64,000 bases of DNA from a virus. This document shows positions 27,833 to 37,208 of this stretch, piece after piece. The stretch is taken from the IMG/VR virus record IMGVR_UViG_3300046535_001151, positions 12,272-76,271 of that record; one strand, 5' to 3'. A program made the translations under genes and the position numbers. The first letter of the stretch is position 1. Every line of letters starts with the position of its first letter. Below the pieces are notes generated by a model. It was not told the DNA's origin. It did no database searches and was given only the letters and a program-made list of their open reading frames with translations.

Positions 27833-28179
27833 TGGGCCAAGAGAGTCGTTTGAATCCGTTCGCCAAGGAACACCGGGATCTCACGATCACCCCCGGACAG
27901 GTCCACGATGCCTTCAACCGGGTACTCCACGAAGGGGATCTGATCTTCCTCCAGGTGGCCGTGCCGCCGATCTTCCGGGTGCACCGGATCACGAAGCCGC
28001 TCGATCCCAACGCGCCGGCAGGACTGTTGGAGATTACGGTCTCCAGCACGCTGAAGTTTGCTGCGCCACAGGGGCAGGTCAATCAGGAGTTCGTGCGGGT
28101 GATCGAAGCCAGCGAGGCCCAGCCACCCACCGCCAAGCCGAGCCTGGAGATTGTCCGGCCAGAGGAGCCGATCCTATGA
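27832..28179 (+). CDS. Hypothetical protein
   Basis: TAATG-coupled, 115 aa. Confidence 0.6.
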   Translation: MGQESRLNPFAKEHRDLTITPGQVHDAFNRVLHEGDLIFLQVAVPPIFRVHRITKPLDPNAPAGLLEITVSSTLKFAAPQGQVNQEFVRVIEASEAQPPTAKPSLEIVRPEEPIL

Positions 28180-29006
28180 GCCTGACCTTGGCGATTGTCA
28201 CGGCCTCGACCAATCTCGAGCGGGCCGCACCCTGTCTCAAATCATGGCGGAAGGATGACGAGGTGCCGCTGATCATCGTGCTCCAGACCGATCAGGACGA
28301 CTGGCGCACCGTGGTTACCGCCACCCATGTCGTGAGTCGAGACTACCTCGGCACGGTTCCAGCGTTCAGGCTGGGGGTGGACTATGCCCTCCGCGAGACC
28401 GATGCCGACATCATCGCCTGTCTCCATGATGACGTGGAGCTGCTCCAGCCGGACTGGATCCAGCGGACCATTCGCCACTTTGAACTGACCGAGAACTGTG
28501 GGCTGCTCGGGTTCGGTGGGGCGATTGGCCTCGGGGCGGATGACATCTACAAGAAGCCCTACGATCCCATGCAGCTGGCGAGGATTGGGTTCCGATCGAA
28601 TCTGGTCGATGCCGAGGTGCACGGACTGCGAAGTCTGTTGGCTGAACCTGTAGCTTGTTTAGACGGATTCAGTCAGGTCGGGCGGAGGGCCTTCTTCGAA
28701 GGAGACGCCAGTCCGCACACGCCCTCGTCACAGGACTACGAACGGCCGTGGAGCTATCTGGAGGATCACGGGATTGTCCACCACCTCTACGACGGTCTGC
28801 TCGGGGCCCTCGCCGCTCGCCAAGGCTGGGAAGCGTGGTATCTGCCTATCAGGTGTCGACATCTCGGTGGACAGACGGCCGTGGGCGAGCGTGGCTACAG
28901 TGAGTGGGCCAAGCAGCAGATTCCCGAGGGCGATCACGGCTTCTGGCAGCAGAGTCACAAGATCGGGTACGAACTCTTCCGCGATCAGCTTCCGCTGAGG
29001 GTGTGA
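28176..29006 (+). CDS. Glycosyltransferase family 2-like (GT-A)
   Basis: IIACLHDDV, VACLDG, HHLYD, CRHLGG. Confidence 0.8.
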   Translation: MSLTLAIVTASTNLERAAPCLKSWRKDDEVPLIIVLQTDQDDWRTVVTATHVVSRDYLGTVPAFRLGVDYALRETDADIIACLHDDVELLQPDWIQRTIRHFELTENCGLLGFGGAIGLGADDIYKKPYDPMQLARIGFRSNLVDAEVHGLRSLLAEPVACLDGFSQVGRRAFFEGDASPHTPSSQDYERPWSYLEDHGIVHHLYDGLLGALAARQGWEAWYLPIRCRHLGGQTAVGERGYSEWAKQQIPEGDHGFWQQSHKIGYELFRDQLPLRV

Positions 29007-29269
29007 TGGCGCATATCAAACAGCGACGAGAAGCTCTGGAGGCCCAGCCTGATCCTGATCGCGTCCTCGGCAAGATCGCCCGGGTGTTCCCGTTGAAGGG
29101 CTTCGGGTTTCTCAAGGATGAAAACGGCGAGGAGTACTTCTTCCACCGGTCGGAGGTGCTCAGCGGTGGGCCGTTCGATGATCTCCAGGAGGGCTGGCGG
29201 GTCCAGTTCGTGAAGGGTCAGGGGCCGAAGGGGCTGAGAGCGAGTGAAGTTACAGTGCAGCGTCCCTAG
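29006..29269 (+). CDS. Cold-shock domain protein
   Basis: KGFGFL (RNP1), YFFHRS (RNP2), GPKGLRA. Confidence 0.9.
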   Translation: MAHIKQRREALEAQPDPDRVLGKIARVFPLKGFGFLKDENGEEYFFHRSEVLSGGPFDDLQEGWRVQFVKGQGPKGLRASEVTVQRP

Positions 29270-29331
29270 TACGTACGTCTAAGGCCGTCTAGGCCGAAGA
29301 CGGACGGGGTGGAGGTTGTGGTGGTGAACAT

Positions 29332-30150
29332 ATGTTGAGTGTCACATTTCCGGGGCGTGCGGGAGACCTGTTATGGTCGTTGCCCACCGTCCGAGCCCTC
29401 GCCGAGATCCACGGGCCCGTCTCGCTGAGAATCGCCGGCGAGTTCGCCAGCATGCTGCCCCTGCTGCAGCAACAGCCCTACCTCAAAGTCGTGGTGGCGG
29501 ATCATGCCTGGAGTCTCACACCTCCCAATGAGTGGCAACCTCCTACTGTAGAAGAGGGGGAGATTCATCTGGGCTACCGCGGCTGGCCGGATCAACCCCT
29601 CGCGCAGTACATCTACGGGATTCTCAAGTACCACTATCCGCATCTGGCGGTGGCAGGACTGGACCTAGACACCCCGTGGATCACCCTGCCCCCACTGCCG
29701 ACTCGCTGGGGAACCTCTGCGACTCCTGTGGGGTTTACTGAGGCGTGGTTCGAACTGAAGGTCGGCCTGCTCCACATTCTCGATCGCGAATTCGAGTGGA
29801 CGAAGGAGCGGGAGGAATCGGGACAGCCCTATACCGCCCTGATGCAAATGGCAGCACCCGGAGGTCGCTGGGAGAAACTCGGGTGGCCAGCCTACTCATG
29901 GTTGGAATCGGCGGAATTCATCACCGCGAGTAGCTTGTTCGTGGGGGACTGTTCAGCCCTCCATGTGCTCGCGGTGGCCTGTGGGACTCCGGTGATCGTA
30001 GTGGAACCGATGGAGGCACGCTGGAATGACATCTTCTATCCAGTCGGGAAGGTGGGGCGCGTACACCTGGTTACCGGCAACGACGGACTCCCCACATTCG
30101 ACGCTCGGCATGTCGCAGACACGATTCGAGGGGCGCTTAATGGGCGATGA
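29332..30150 (+). CDS. Glycosyltransferase family 9-like (heptosyltransferase fold)
   Basis: GDLLWSLPTVRAL and FVGDCSALHVLAVACGTP. Confidence 0.75.
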   Translation: MLSVTFPGRAGDLLWSLPTVRALAEIHGPVSLRIAGEFASMLPLLQQQPYLKVVVADHAWSLTPPNEWQPPTVEEGEIHLGYRGWPDQPLAQYIYGILKYHYPHLAVAGLDLDTPWITLPPLPTRWGTSATPVGFTEAWFELKVGLLHILDREFEWTKEREESGQPYTALMQMAAPGGRWEKLGWPAYSWLESAEFITASSLFVGDCSALHVLAVACGTPVIVVEPMEARWNDIFYPVGKVGRVHLVTGNDGLPTFDARHVADTIRGALNGR

Positions 30151-30835
30151 AGTCGTCACCACTCCGTATGGGAAATTCTTCGTCGACCCCGAGGACTGCA
30201 TCGGTGGCACCCTGAAAGCTGGCACCATCTGGGACGGGCCAGGATTCCTCCAAGTCGTCCTCAAGGACTACACGACAGTCGGCACGACTGTCATTGACAT
30301 CGGCGCCAACTTCGGCAGCTTCACCGTCTACTGTGCCTCCAAAGGCTACAAGGTGATCGCGGTCGAACCCATGCCGGAGACCCTGAGATACCTCCGTGCC
30401 ACCTTGGACCTGAACCAGGATTCGTGTGCGGACAAGGTGATCCTCCTGCCGTTCGCGGCCTATGACAAGCGGTGCTTCCTGACCAATCACGACTTCGTGG
30501 ATCACAACTTCGGCAGTCCGAGCCTCGTGCCCATGCAGGAGGGAGACAAGCTGTTCGCCGAGGCCGTCCCGCTCGACGACTACCGCATGCTGTTCGGCTC
30601 GGTCGGGTTGATCAAGGTGGATGCTCAGGGCTGTGATGCCGTGGCCATCTTCGGCCTCGAGAAGACGATCCGCAAGCAGCACCCCACCATCGTGTTTGAG
30701 TGGGAAGAGGAGATGGCCAAACCACATGGCTACAACCTGAACAATCTCATCGCCACGCTGGAGGTCTGGGGCTACCAAGTCATCCAGTGGCCGAGCCACC
30801 GGTCGAACTATCTCGCGGTCTGGGGGACACGGTGA
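30140..30835 (+). CDS. FkbM family methyltransferase
   Basis: IDIGANFG, IAVEP, LIKVDAQG. Confidence 0.9.
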   Translation: MGDEVVTTPYGKFFVDPEDCIGGTLKAGTIWDGPGFLQVVLKDYTTVGTTVIDIGANFGSFTVYCASKGYKVIAVEPMPETLRYLRATLDLNQDSCADKVILLPFAAYDKRCFLTNHDFVDHNFGSPSLVPMQEGDKLFAEAVPLDDYRMLFGSVGLIKVDAQGCDAVAIFGLEKTIRKQHPTIVFEWEEEMAKPHGYNLNNLIATLEVWGYQVIQWPSHRSNYLAVWGTR

Positions 30836-31224
30836 GACTGAAGAACTACGGAGCCGGCGAGGTGAGTGATCGACTGTCCATTCTCGCCCTGAAGCGGCTG
30901 TTCGGGACTGAGGCTGGCAAGGATGTCAAACACTTCGAGGCCGAGCACGCGGTCCTGTTGAGTGAGATTCGTACCCGCACCCTGAATGGCAAGTGGTTCG
31001 ATGCCTACACCCAGCTCGCGGCGGTGAATGCGGCTCTGTGGCATGCGGAGGATGATCTCCGATCACTCCGTACCGAGGATCCGCCGGTGAATCTCATCGG
31101 GTGGCAGGCCGCGGGAGAATTGGCCTTCCGTATTCAGGGACTGAACGACCGCCGAGCGGAGTTGGTTCGCCTGATCAACCATGATGCCGGAGACGCGATT
31201 GGAGAAGAGAAGATCAATGGCTAA
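30832..31224 (+). CDS. DUF6165/DUF4254-like helical protein (GT-associated)
   Basis: GEVSDRLSILALK, VNAALWHAEDDLR, NDRRAELVRLIN. Confidence 0.7.
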   Translation: MRLKNYGAGEVSDRLSILALKRLFGTEAGKDVKHFEAEHAVLLSEIRTRTLNGKWFDAYTQLAAVNAALWHAEDDLRSLRTEDPPVNLIGWQAAGELAFRIQGLNDRRAELVRLINHDAGDAIGEEKING

Positions 31225-32164
31225 CCCCCTCCATGTGCTGCTGGTCACCTCGTGGGGTCAGCTCCAATGCGGCATTCAGGCGCATAGCAAGCAGCTGATC
31301 CACTACGTGAAACAGGCCGATCCCGACATCGTGATCACCCCATCCGCCGACTCCCTCGATCCGGTCGAATGTGGAAAGCAGCCTCCACCGGTCGATGTAA
31401 TCCATCTGAACTGGCACCGGGCCCTCCACTCCCGCTGGAGTCCGGCGTGGATCCGTCAGTACCAACAGCTTGGGGTGAAGTTCGTGGTGACCTGGCACGA
31501 TACGATGGGCCACGAACCCCCCGACCAGCTGTCGAAGGAGGTCCACGACGTCGCGGATGCCTTCATCGTCCACGAACCGGTCATCGGGCTGGAGCAGGCG
31601 ATCTACTGGCGACAGGCGGTCCCGGAGATGAATGGCTACCAAGCAGACCGTACTGGGATCTATGGGCGTCCCTTCGTGGGCTCGGTGGGGTTCGACTTCG
31701 GCTGGAAGAATTACGATCGCCTCTGTGAGATTGCCTATGCTGTGGGCTGGGGAGTCGCCCTGTGTGTGCCGGAGATGTCGAAGGATCGAGAGGCCGATCT
31801 CCGTCAGCGCAATCCATGGCTCGTCGTGCGGAGGAACGAAGGACTGCAAGAGGTCCTCGCCCTCCTCCATGTCTGCCAAGCGACCGCCTTCCTCTACGTG
31901 AATGGCAACTCAGGCACCTCGGCCGCGATCCGCATCGGGATTGGGGCGAGGAAGCCGGTGATCGCCATGGCTGGCCAGCGGCAGTTCAGGGATCTCCACG
32001 ATGAGATGGCCATTCGCTGGTCCACGAGCATGGAGCACGCACAAGATCTCCTCGTGGGTCTGCGCTGTGGTGACTGGGATGGACGCACGGTCGAACTCGC
32101 GAATCGTGACAGCTGGAGACACGCGGGACGGAAGCACGCGGAGTTGTATCGGAGCCTGGTATGA
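31217..32164 (+). CDS. Divergent GT-B glycosyltransferase
   Basis: CGIQAHS, DVIHLNWH, GFDFGWKNY, SAAIRIGIGARKPVI, DSW. Confidence 0.7.
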   Translation: MANPLHVLLVTSWGQLQCGIQAHSKQLIHYVKQADPDIVITPSADSLDPVECGKQPPPVDVIHLNWHRALHSRWSPAWIRQYQQLGVKFVVTWHDTMGHEPPDQLSKEVHDVADAFIVHEPVIGLEQAIYWRQAVPEMNGYQADRTGIYGRPFVGSVGFDFGWKNYDRLCEIAYAVGWGVALCVPEMSKDREADLRQRNPWLVVRRNEGLQEVLALLHVCQATAFLYVNGNSGTSAAIRIGIGARKPVIAMAGQRQFRDLHDEMAIRWSTSMEHAQDLLVGLRCGDWDGRTVELANRDSWRHAGRKHAELYRSLV

Positions 32165-32382
32165 CCCCCGACTGGGTGATCGCCCTCCAAGCCCGCTATC
32201 CCCGGAACCCCGCTACCGTGCGGGCCAGTGCTCGGCGCCGGCAGCGACGACTCTACAACCGCCGACGGGCTAAACAGGTCTGTCCCAAATGCGGGGTGAA
32301 GACGCAGAAGTTTGTCTACTGTCTCCACCACCGTACATTACATGCCGAGATGGATCGACGTCGACGAGCACTGGAGAATTGA
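32161..32382 (+). CDS. Basic zinc-finger protein
   Basis: CPKCG...CLHH. Confidence 0.6.
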   Translation: MTPDWVIALQARYPRNPATVRASARRRQRRLYNRRRAKQVCPKCGVKTQKFVYCLHHRTLHAEMDRRRRALEN

Positions 32383-32384
32383 GT

Positions 32385-32708
32385 ATGCCGAGGACCCCCG
32401 CCCCGCTCACCGTGGAACAGCTCAGGCTGAGAGGCCGCTATTCGTGGTGGAACCTCACCGATCCTGACGGCAACGTCGTCGCTGAGTTTCGTGAGGAAGC
32501 GGACGCCCGCGCCTTCGTGGCGCTGCCCGCGCTGATTGAGGCGAGTAGAACGCTGCTTAAATACTGTTCGCGTCGTGACGGTAGCATCGCCTCTCACGAG
32601 GACTGCGTGATGACGTTTGTCGAGGATGGTTCCACGCTCAGCGAGTGCATCGAAAAGGCTCAAGCCGCCCTCGCGCAGGCGGACGGCCCCTCGCAGGAGC
32701 AGGGATGA
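32385..32708 (+). CDS. Hypothetical protein
   Basis: ADARAFVALPAL and AQAALAQA, phage early-gene pattern. Confidence 0.6.
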   Translation: MPRTPAPLTVEQLRLRGRYSWWNLTDPDGNVVAEFREEADARAFVALPALIEASRTLLKYCSRRDGSIASHEDCVMTFVEDGSTLSECIEKAQAALAQADGPSQEQG

Positions 32709-32932
32709 CTGAGCAACATTTACAGGAATGTCTTGAGCGGCTGGACGACGCGAAACGTCTGATCGAGGCAATCCGCGTGGACTTGCGTGGCGCTCAGGAA
32801 TTTCGTGATGCCGTCTTCGATCTGCTAGAAGACACGCCATTTCATTCTAGGGCAGAAGGTTACGACGGACTCTATGACCGTGTGCGTGCAGCAATCAATG
32901 CGGCCCCTGACGGCCCCGAGGAGGCGCGATGA
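32705..32932 (+). CDS. Hypothetical protein
   Basis: ATGA-coupled. Confidence 0.55.
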   Translation: MTEQHLQECLERLDDAKRLIEAIRVDLRGAQEFRDAVFDLLEDTPFHSRAEGYDGLYDRVRAAINAAPDGPEEAR

Positions 32933-33144
32933 GCCTCGTAGCAGATCGCTACTCCTGGGAAGTGGACGAGTGGCGCGAGAAGGCCCACGATGCTTACGCC
33001 AAGCTCGACAGGTGTGAGAAAGAGCGGGAGTTTCACACCAGAAAACTGGAGCAGACCGTGGCATGGCTCACCGTTCAACTTCGTGAGAAGGATGAAATGA
33101 TCGCGGCGTTGAAGGCGGCGGGCGCTGAGAGGACCGACCCATGA
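32929..33144 (+). CDS. Coiled-coil hypothetical protein
   Basis: ATGA-coupled; GAGGAGG SD. Confidence 0.6.
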   Translation: MSLVADRYSWEVDEWREKAHDAYAKLDRCEKEREFHTRKLEQTVAWLTVQLREKDEMIAALKAAGAERTDP

Positions 33145-33229
33145 TCGCAGGCGCTTTTCTCGCAGGGTTTATTGTTGGGGCGTTGTTCTGTTCGTGCCTC
33201 GTGTTCTGGCGGTATTGAGGAGGTCGCTG

Positions 33230-33466
33230 ATGTCTGAGTCCCGCCCCCCACAACGGATTCTGCGTCACCCAGCCACGGTGCGTCTGTTCCAATCGGCCGC
33301 GCAACGATTTCTGGCCTTGCAGGCGCGGCACCGGGAATCGTGCGATCTGCTGTGGGCGGGGACGTTGGCGAGCCAGTTCACAGCGGCGGAACTCTCACTG
33401 CTTAGTGACTACCTATGCCCACGAGACCATCACTTACTCCATGCTATAAAGAAGGCAGGCCGATGA
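33230..33466 (+). CDS. Hypothetical protein
   Basis: GAGGAGG SD. Confidence 0.55.
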   Translation: MSESRPPQRILRHPATVRLFQSAAQRFLALQARHRESCDLLWAGTLASQFTAAELSLLSDYLCPRDHHLLHAIKKAGR

Positions 33467-33660
33467 CCGCGTCCCGCCCCCCTGACGACAAACGGAAGTC
33501 GAAGAAGCCACGCTATCGCCTCCATTGGAACTCTAGCGGCGAGCCACGGCGAGAATTGAAGTGGGCCATCTATGACTGGCGCTTGATCTGTCCAGTGGCC
33601 TACTCGGAGACTCGCGTAGGCGGTCGTAGGTTGTGTGCGTTTCTCAATGCGGAGGCGTGA
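33463..33660 (+). CDS. Hypothetical protein (MTASRPPDD start)
   Basis: ATGA-coupled; repeat-encoded N-terminus. Confidence 0.55.
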   Translation: MTASRPPDDKRKSKKPRYRLHWNSSGEPRRELKWAIYDWRLICPVAYSETRVGGRRLCAFLNAEA

Positions 33661-33929
33661 TGGAAATCGTTGACCCACGGATAGATCCGGCGCTCGTTCC
33701 ATCCGGTTCGCGTGCCGTGGTGATTGCAGAGCACCAGAGCGAATACCGCGACTTGCCATCGGTGCGGACGCCTGACGGCCAAGTGATTACGCGCTGGACA
33801 CTGAGCGACGAGGAGCGAGCGGCTATCGTGCGTGGCGAGGACATCTTCGTGACGCTGCTCTCGCGCGGCATGATCAACCCGTTGTTTGTCACCGTCGGGC
33901 CTGTGAATTGGGCCGAGGTAAACCGATGA
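33660..33929 (+). CDS. Hypothetical phage protein
   Basis: AEHQSEYRDLP...TRWTLSDEER. Confidence 0.65.
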   Translation: MEIVDPRIDPALVPSGSRAVVIAEHQSEYRDLPSVRTPDGQVITRWTLSDEERAAIVRGEDIFVTLLSRGMINPLFVTVGPVNWAEVNR

Positions 33930-34588
33930 CCGCCGCGTCCCGCCCCCCTGACGACACCCCGCCGCAAGTATTTGTGCAGCCTTCGTGGTATCTGGAGTGT
34001 CGGCTGCACGGCCACGATGCTGATTACGTCAACGTGCGCGAAGGTGGTGGCGCGGCCACTCAATGCCGGATCTTTCGATGTCGAGAGTGCGACTGTTCAG
34101 AAACGGTAGAACCGACAACGGCGCTGCATCCCGTCGCCCCTGACGACACCCCGCCGCACGAGGGGGATCCAGTTGAGTTGGATTATCAGCTTCTCTTGCG
34201 GCTAAAACTCGCCGAGGCCGAAGTCACCCGGCTCCGCGAGAGCGACAAAGTTGTGCCGCCGACCTGCACTTGTTGGCTAGGCAAGCGCGATGCGACTTTC
34301 GGCAGTTCCGAAGAACGGTATTATTGCCGGGTTCACGGTGATGACACCCCGCATTGGCAACCGATTGAGACGGCTCCGAGGGAACGTTATGTCCTACTCA
34401 CGGAAGTCACCGAGCCAAGCGCGTCAGACCTGCATCAGCATCCAGACTCCCAGCCAATAGCGCGGACCACGGTTGGCCGACTGGCGCATTGGGACGGTGA
34501 GTGGCGATGGGAACGCTATGGCATCGGCAACATCTCGACTCGGCGGTTGACCCATTGGATGCCTTTACCGGAGCCGCCACATGAATAA
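33926..34588 (+). CDS. Mosaic protein with C-terminal DUF551-like domain
   Basis: WQPIETAP...THWMPLPEPP. Confidence 0.75.
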   Translation: MTAASRPPDDTPPQVFVQPSWYLECRLHGHDADYVNVREGGGAATQCRIFRCRECDCSETVEPTTALHPVAPDDTPPHEGDPVELDYQLLLRLKLAEAEVTRLRESDKVVPPTCTCWLGKRDATFGSSEERYYCRVHGDDTPHWQPIETAPRERYVLLTEVTEPSASDLHQHPDSQPIARTTVGRLAHWDGEWRWERYGIGNISTRRLTHWMPLPEPPHE

Positions 34589-34940
34589 GCCTGACCAGCC
34601 CGTCGCCCCTGACGACACCCCCACACGCCTCCTGACGATGAATTTAGATGAGGCGCTTGCAATGGCAGAAACCATCGAGGAGTTACGCGCCGAAGTCTCC
34701 CGTCTCCGCGAGGAAATGGCCCCTCTCTACAACACGGAGCAGTGGTTGAGGTGGTGTGACATCAGAGTCCTCGAACGCGCTGAAGCGGCCGAGGCCGACG
34801 TCTCCCGTCTCCAGCAGGAGAACGCCCTCCTGAAACGGAGTCTGTCGATGCTGACGAAACAACTAGAACAGAAGGAAGCTGAATGGGAAGCCCAGCGGGA
34901 CGATGAACGCTACCGAGATCGTACATCTGATCATGAGTAA
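34581..34940 (+). CDS. Coiled-coil hypothetical protein
   Basis: AEVSRL repeats. Confidence 0.6.
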   Translation: MNKPDQPVAPDDTPTRLLTMNLDEALAMAETIEELRAEVSRLREEMAPLYNTEQWLRWCDIRVLERAEAAEADVSRLQQENALLKRSLSMLTKQLEQKEAEWEAQRDDERYRDRTSDHE

Positions 34941-35841
34941 CCCCCTCCGTGTCTGTCTCATCGGCAACCTCTCCGACCGTCGCTGTGGCTTCCAGAACGT
35001 GACCCAGCAGATGATCACCGCGCTGGAGCGGACGCCAGCAGTGGACCTGACGGTCTGGGACGGCACCTACTCGGCGATCTACGCCCGTCAGCAGGAAGGG
35101 GAGACCGGCTTCTTCCCCCTCGACATCCTCGACGGTCGCTACGACGTGGTACATCTCATCTGGAACGCCATGACCATGAACCACTACACCGGAGCCCGCT
35201 GGCAGTTGCTGCTCGATCAGGGCATCGTGACCTCGTGGTGGGACGGTGGACCCTCCGATGCCTCCTGCCCATTCATCGACTTCCAGCAGGTGCGGTGGAG
35301 TGACTACCCCCGTGAGGGCTATACCCATCTCGACTACCCCGTGCCCGATTGGATCGATCACCTCCCTCCTCCGGATCCCACCTTCACCGTGGGGGCGAGT
35401 AGTGTGCGTGGAGACGGCATCGCCGAGATCCAGTACATCTGTGAATCCAAAGGCTGGGCACTGAATCTCCCGACCCCCGGGGCGTGGCTGAGTGTCGAGG
35501 ACGAAGTCCGTCGCCTCGCTCGGTCCACCGTGAATGTCTGTTGGTACAAGACCCCGCCGCTCTGGCTGAACCGAGCCTCGGCCCCCTCCATGCTGCTGGC
35601 CTCGCACCGGCCGCTGCTCATTAACAAGGATCTGCTCGTGGCCCACCTCTGGGACGATCCGGAGATTTACCACGAAGCCATCACGACCCGTGGAGAGGAA
35701 GGGTTGGAGTCCGCCCTCATGAAGATCTATCGTGCCGATCCGTTGTCGATTCCCCGGGCAGCCATCGATCGGATGTCCTGGAGTCGCGCCACCCAAACCT
35801 TTGTGTCTGTCTGGAGTGCTGCCCATGCTGCTCGCGCCTGA
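34933..35841 (+). CDS. Divergent GT-B glycosyltransferase-like protein (paralog of 31217-32164)
   Basis: CGFQN, DVVHLIWN, SAPSMLLASHRPLLI, MSW. Confidence 0.55.
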   Translation: MSNPLRVCLIGNLSDRRCGFQNVTQQMITALERTPAVDLTVWDGTYSAIYARQQEGETGFFPLDILDGRYDVVHLIWNAMTMNHYTGARWQLLLDQGIVTSWWDGGPSDASCPFIDFQQVRWSDYPREGYTHLDYPVPDWIDHLPPPDPTFTVGASSVRGDGIAEIQYICESKGWALNLPTPGAWLSVEDEVRRLARSTVNVCWYKTPPLWLNRASAPSMLLASHRPLLINKDLLVAHLWDDPEIYHEAITTRGEEGLESALMKIYRADPLSIPRAAIDRMSWSRATQTFVSVWSAAHAARA

Positions 35842-37072
35842 GAATCTGACCTGCCGCACCACCTGTCGCGCCTGTGGCGGCCCCCTCGATCCGCTCCTCG
35901 ACCTCGGCACCCCAGCCCTGAGCGGCTTCGTCAAACCCGAGGACCCGGATCCGCCCTCCGCTCCCCTCGCCGCGGTGATCTGTCAAACCTGCGATCTGGT
36001 GCAGCTCTCGGTGAGTGTCAACCCACAACTCCTCTATGGTGAGCAGTATTGGTATCACTCGGGCATCAACGAGATCATGGTGGAGGAGTTGAACTCGATC
36101 GCCAAGGAGGTCTGCTGGCGGGTACCACTCACCAGAACGACCAGAGTCCTCGACATCGGCGCGAACGATGGCACCCTGCTCCAGCAGTATGCGGTCCTCC
36201 GCGGGGATCAGTGTCCGACTCGTATGGCGGTCGAACCCGCGGCGAGTCTGATCCATGGACTGGCCGACAAGGCTCATACGGTGATTCACGGCTACTTCCC
36301 GCAGGGCACCTACGCCTTTCCCTCCGCGTCGATCCAGGCCATCACCTCGATCGCCTGCTTCTACGACATCGAGGATCCACGAGCAGCGGTCAGAGAGATC
36401 GACCGGCTCCTCACTGGAGTAGGCGTGTGGATTCTCCAGCTGCAGGATCTCCTCCAGATGGTCAAGGCCACCGCGTGGGACAACTTCTGCTTCGAGCACC
36501 TGACCTACTACTCCCTCCATACCTTCGAACTCCTGCTGCGGGGGACTGACCTCCATGTCATCGCGGTCGAGCCGAGGAAGATCAACGGTGGGAGTATTCG
36601 GATCGTGGTGGCCCGGAGGAGTCAGGCACCGGAGGAATCGGTTGATCGGTGGCGGCAGGCGGAACTCGGGCTGACTAGACGGAGGCTGAGTGTGTTTGCG
36701 TGGGAAGCCAAGGAACACTGCCAGCGCCTCGCCGACACCGTCCAACACTACGTCTTCGACCAAGGCATCCCGATCGACCTCTATGCCTGCTCGACCAAGG
36801 CCAACACCCTCCTGCAGTGGGCCAAGATTGGCCGGCGCCAGATCCGTTTTGGTGTGGAGCGGAGTCCGTTCAAGGTGGGACTGGTCACGGGCTGCACACG
36901 GATCCCGATCATCAGCGAGGAGACGTGGAGAGCGGATCCAGCCCCGATTGTACTTTTGGGAGCATGGCAATTCAGAGATGCCGTGATCAAGCGCGAAGCC
37001 GCGTATCTGGAATCTGGTGGGACCTTCCTCGTCCCGCTGCCCTCGGTGGAGGTGATCCGTGGCCGCTCCTGA
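35825..37072 (+). CDS. NDP-sugar C-methyltransferase (Methyltransf_13/14 architecture)
   Basis: CRACG..LLDLG, CQTCDLVQL, LDIGANDGTLL, EHLTYYS, NGGSIR, STKANTLL, LGAWQF. Confidence 0.9.
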   Translation: MLLAPENLTCRTTCRACGGPLDPLLDLGTPALSGFVKPEDPDPPSAPLAAVICQTCDLVQLSVSVNPQLLYGEQYWYHSGINEIMVEELNSIAKEVCWRVPLTRTTRVLDIGANDGTLLQQYAVLRGDQCPTRMAVEPAASLIHGLADKAHTVIHGYFPQGTYAFPSASIQAITSIACFYDIEDPRAAVREIDRLLTGVGVWILQLQDLLQMVKATAWDNFCFEHLTYYSLHTFELLLRGTDLHVIAVEPRKINGGSIRIVVARRSQAPEESVDRWRQAELGLTRRRLSVFAWEAKEHCQRLADTVQHYVFDQGIPIDLYACSTKANTLLQWAKIGRRQIRFGVERSPFKVGLVTGCTRIPIISEETWRADPAPIVLLGAWQFRDAVIKREAAYLESGGTFLVPLPSVEVIRGRS

Positions 37073-37208
37073 GATCCCCCAACCGATCTGCCCCTTCTGC
37101 GGCTGTGATGACGAGCGGGTCGAAGCCCTCGTCACTACCAAGCGATCCATCGCCATGGCCTGTGGGAACTGTAGCAAGACCTGGTCGATTCCCAAGGAGG
37201 GAGCATGA
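37059..37208 (+). CDS. Small zinc-ribbon protein
   Basis: Own translation ...ICPFCG...ACGNCSKTW; GGAGGTG SD. Confidence 0.6.
   Translation: MAAPEIPQPICPFCGCDDERVEALVTTKRSIAMACGNCSKTWSIPKEGA

Larger units (their letters stand above)
33463..34622 (+). repeat. Dispersed CCCCTGACGACACCCC (PDDTP) repeat family
   Basis: Copies near 33463, 33926, 34130, 34339 (degenerate) and 34599. Confidence 0.85.

Noticed and set aside
22223-29326. GTTGTGGTGGTG upstream of two genes (22223, 29315)
   Set aside because: Low-complexity G/T sequence near RBSs, only two copies
33463-34622. PDDTP repeats as a CRISPR array or DGR
   Set aside because: Irregular 200-460 bp spacing, in-frame coding, no reverse transcriptase and no adenine-specific variation
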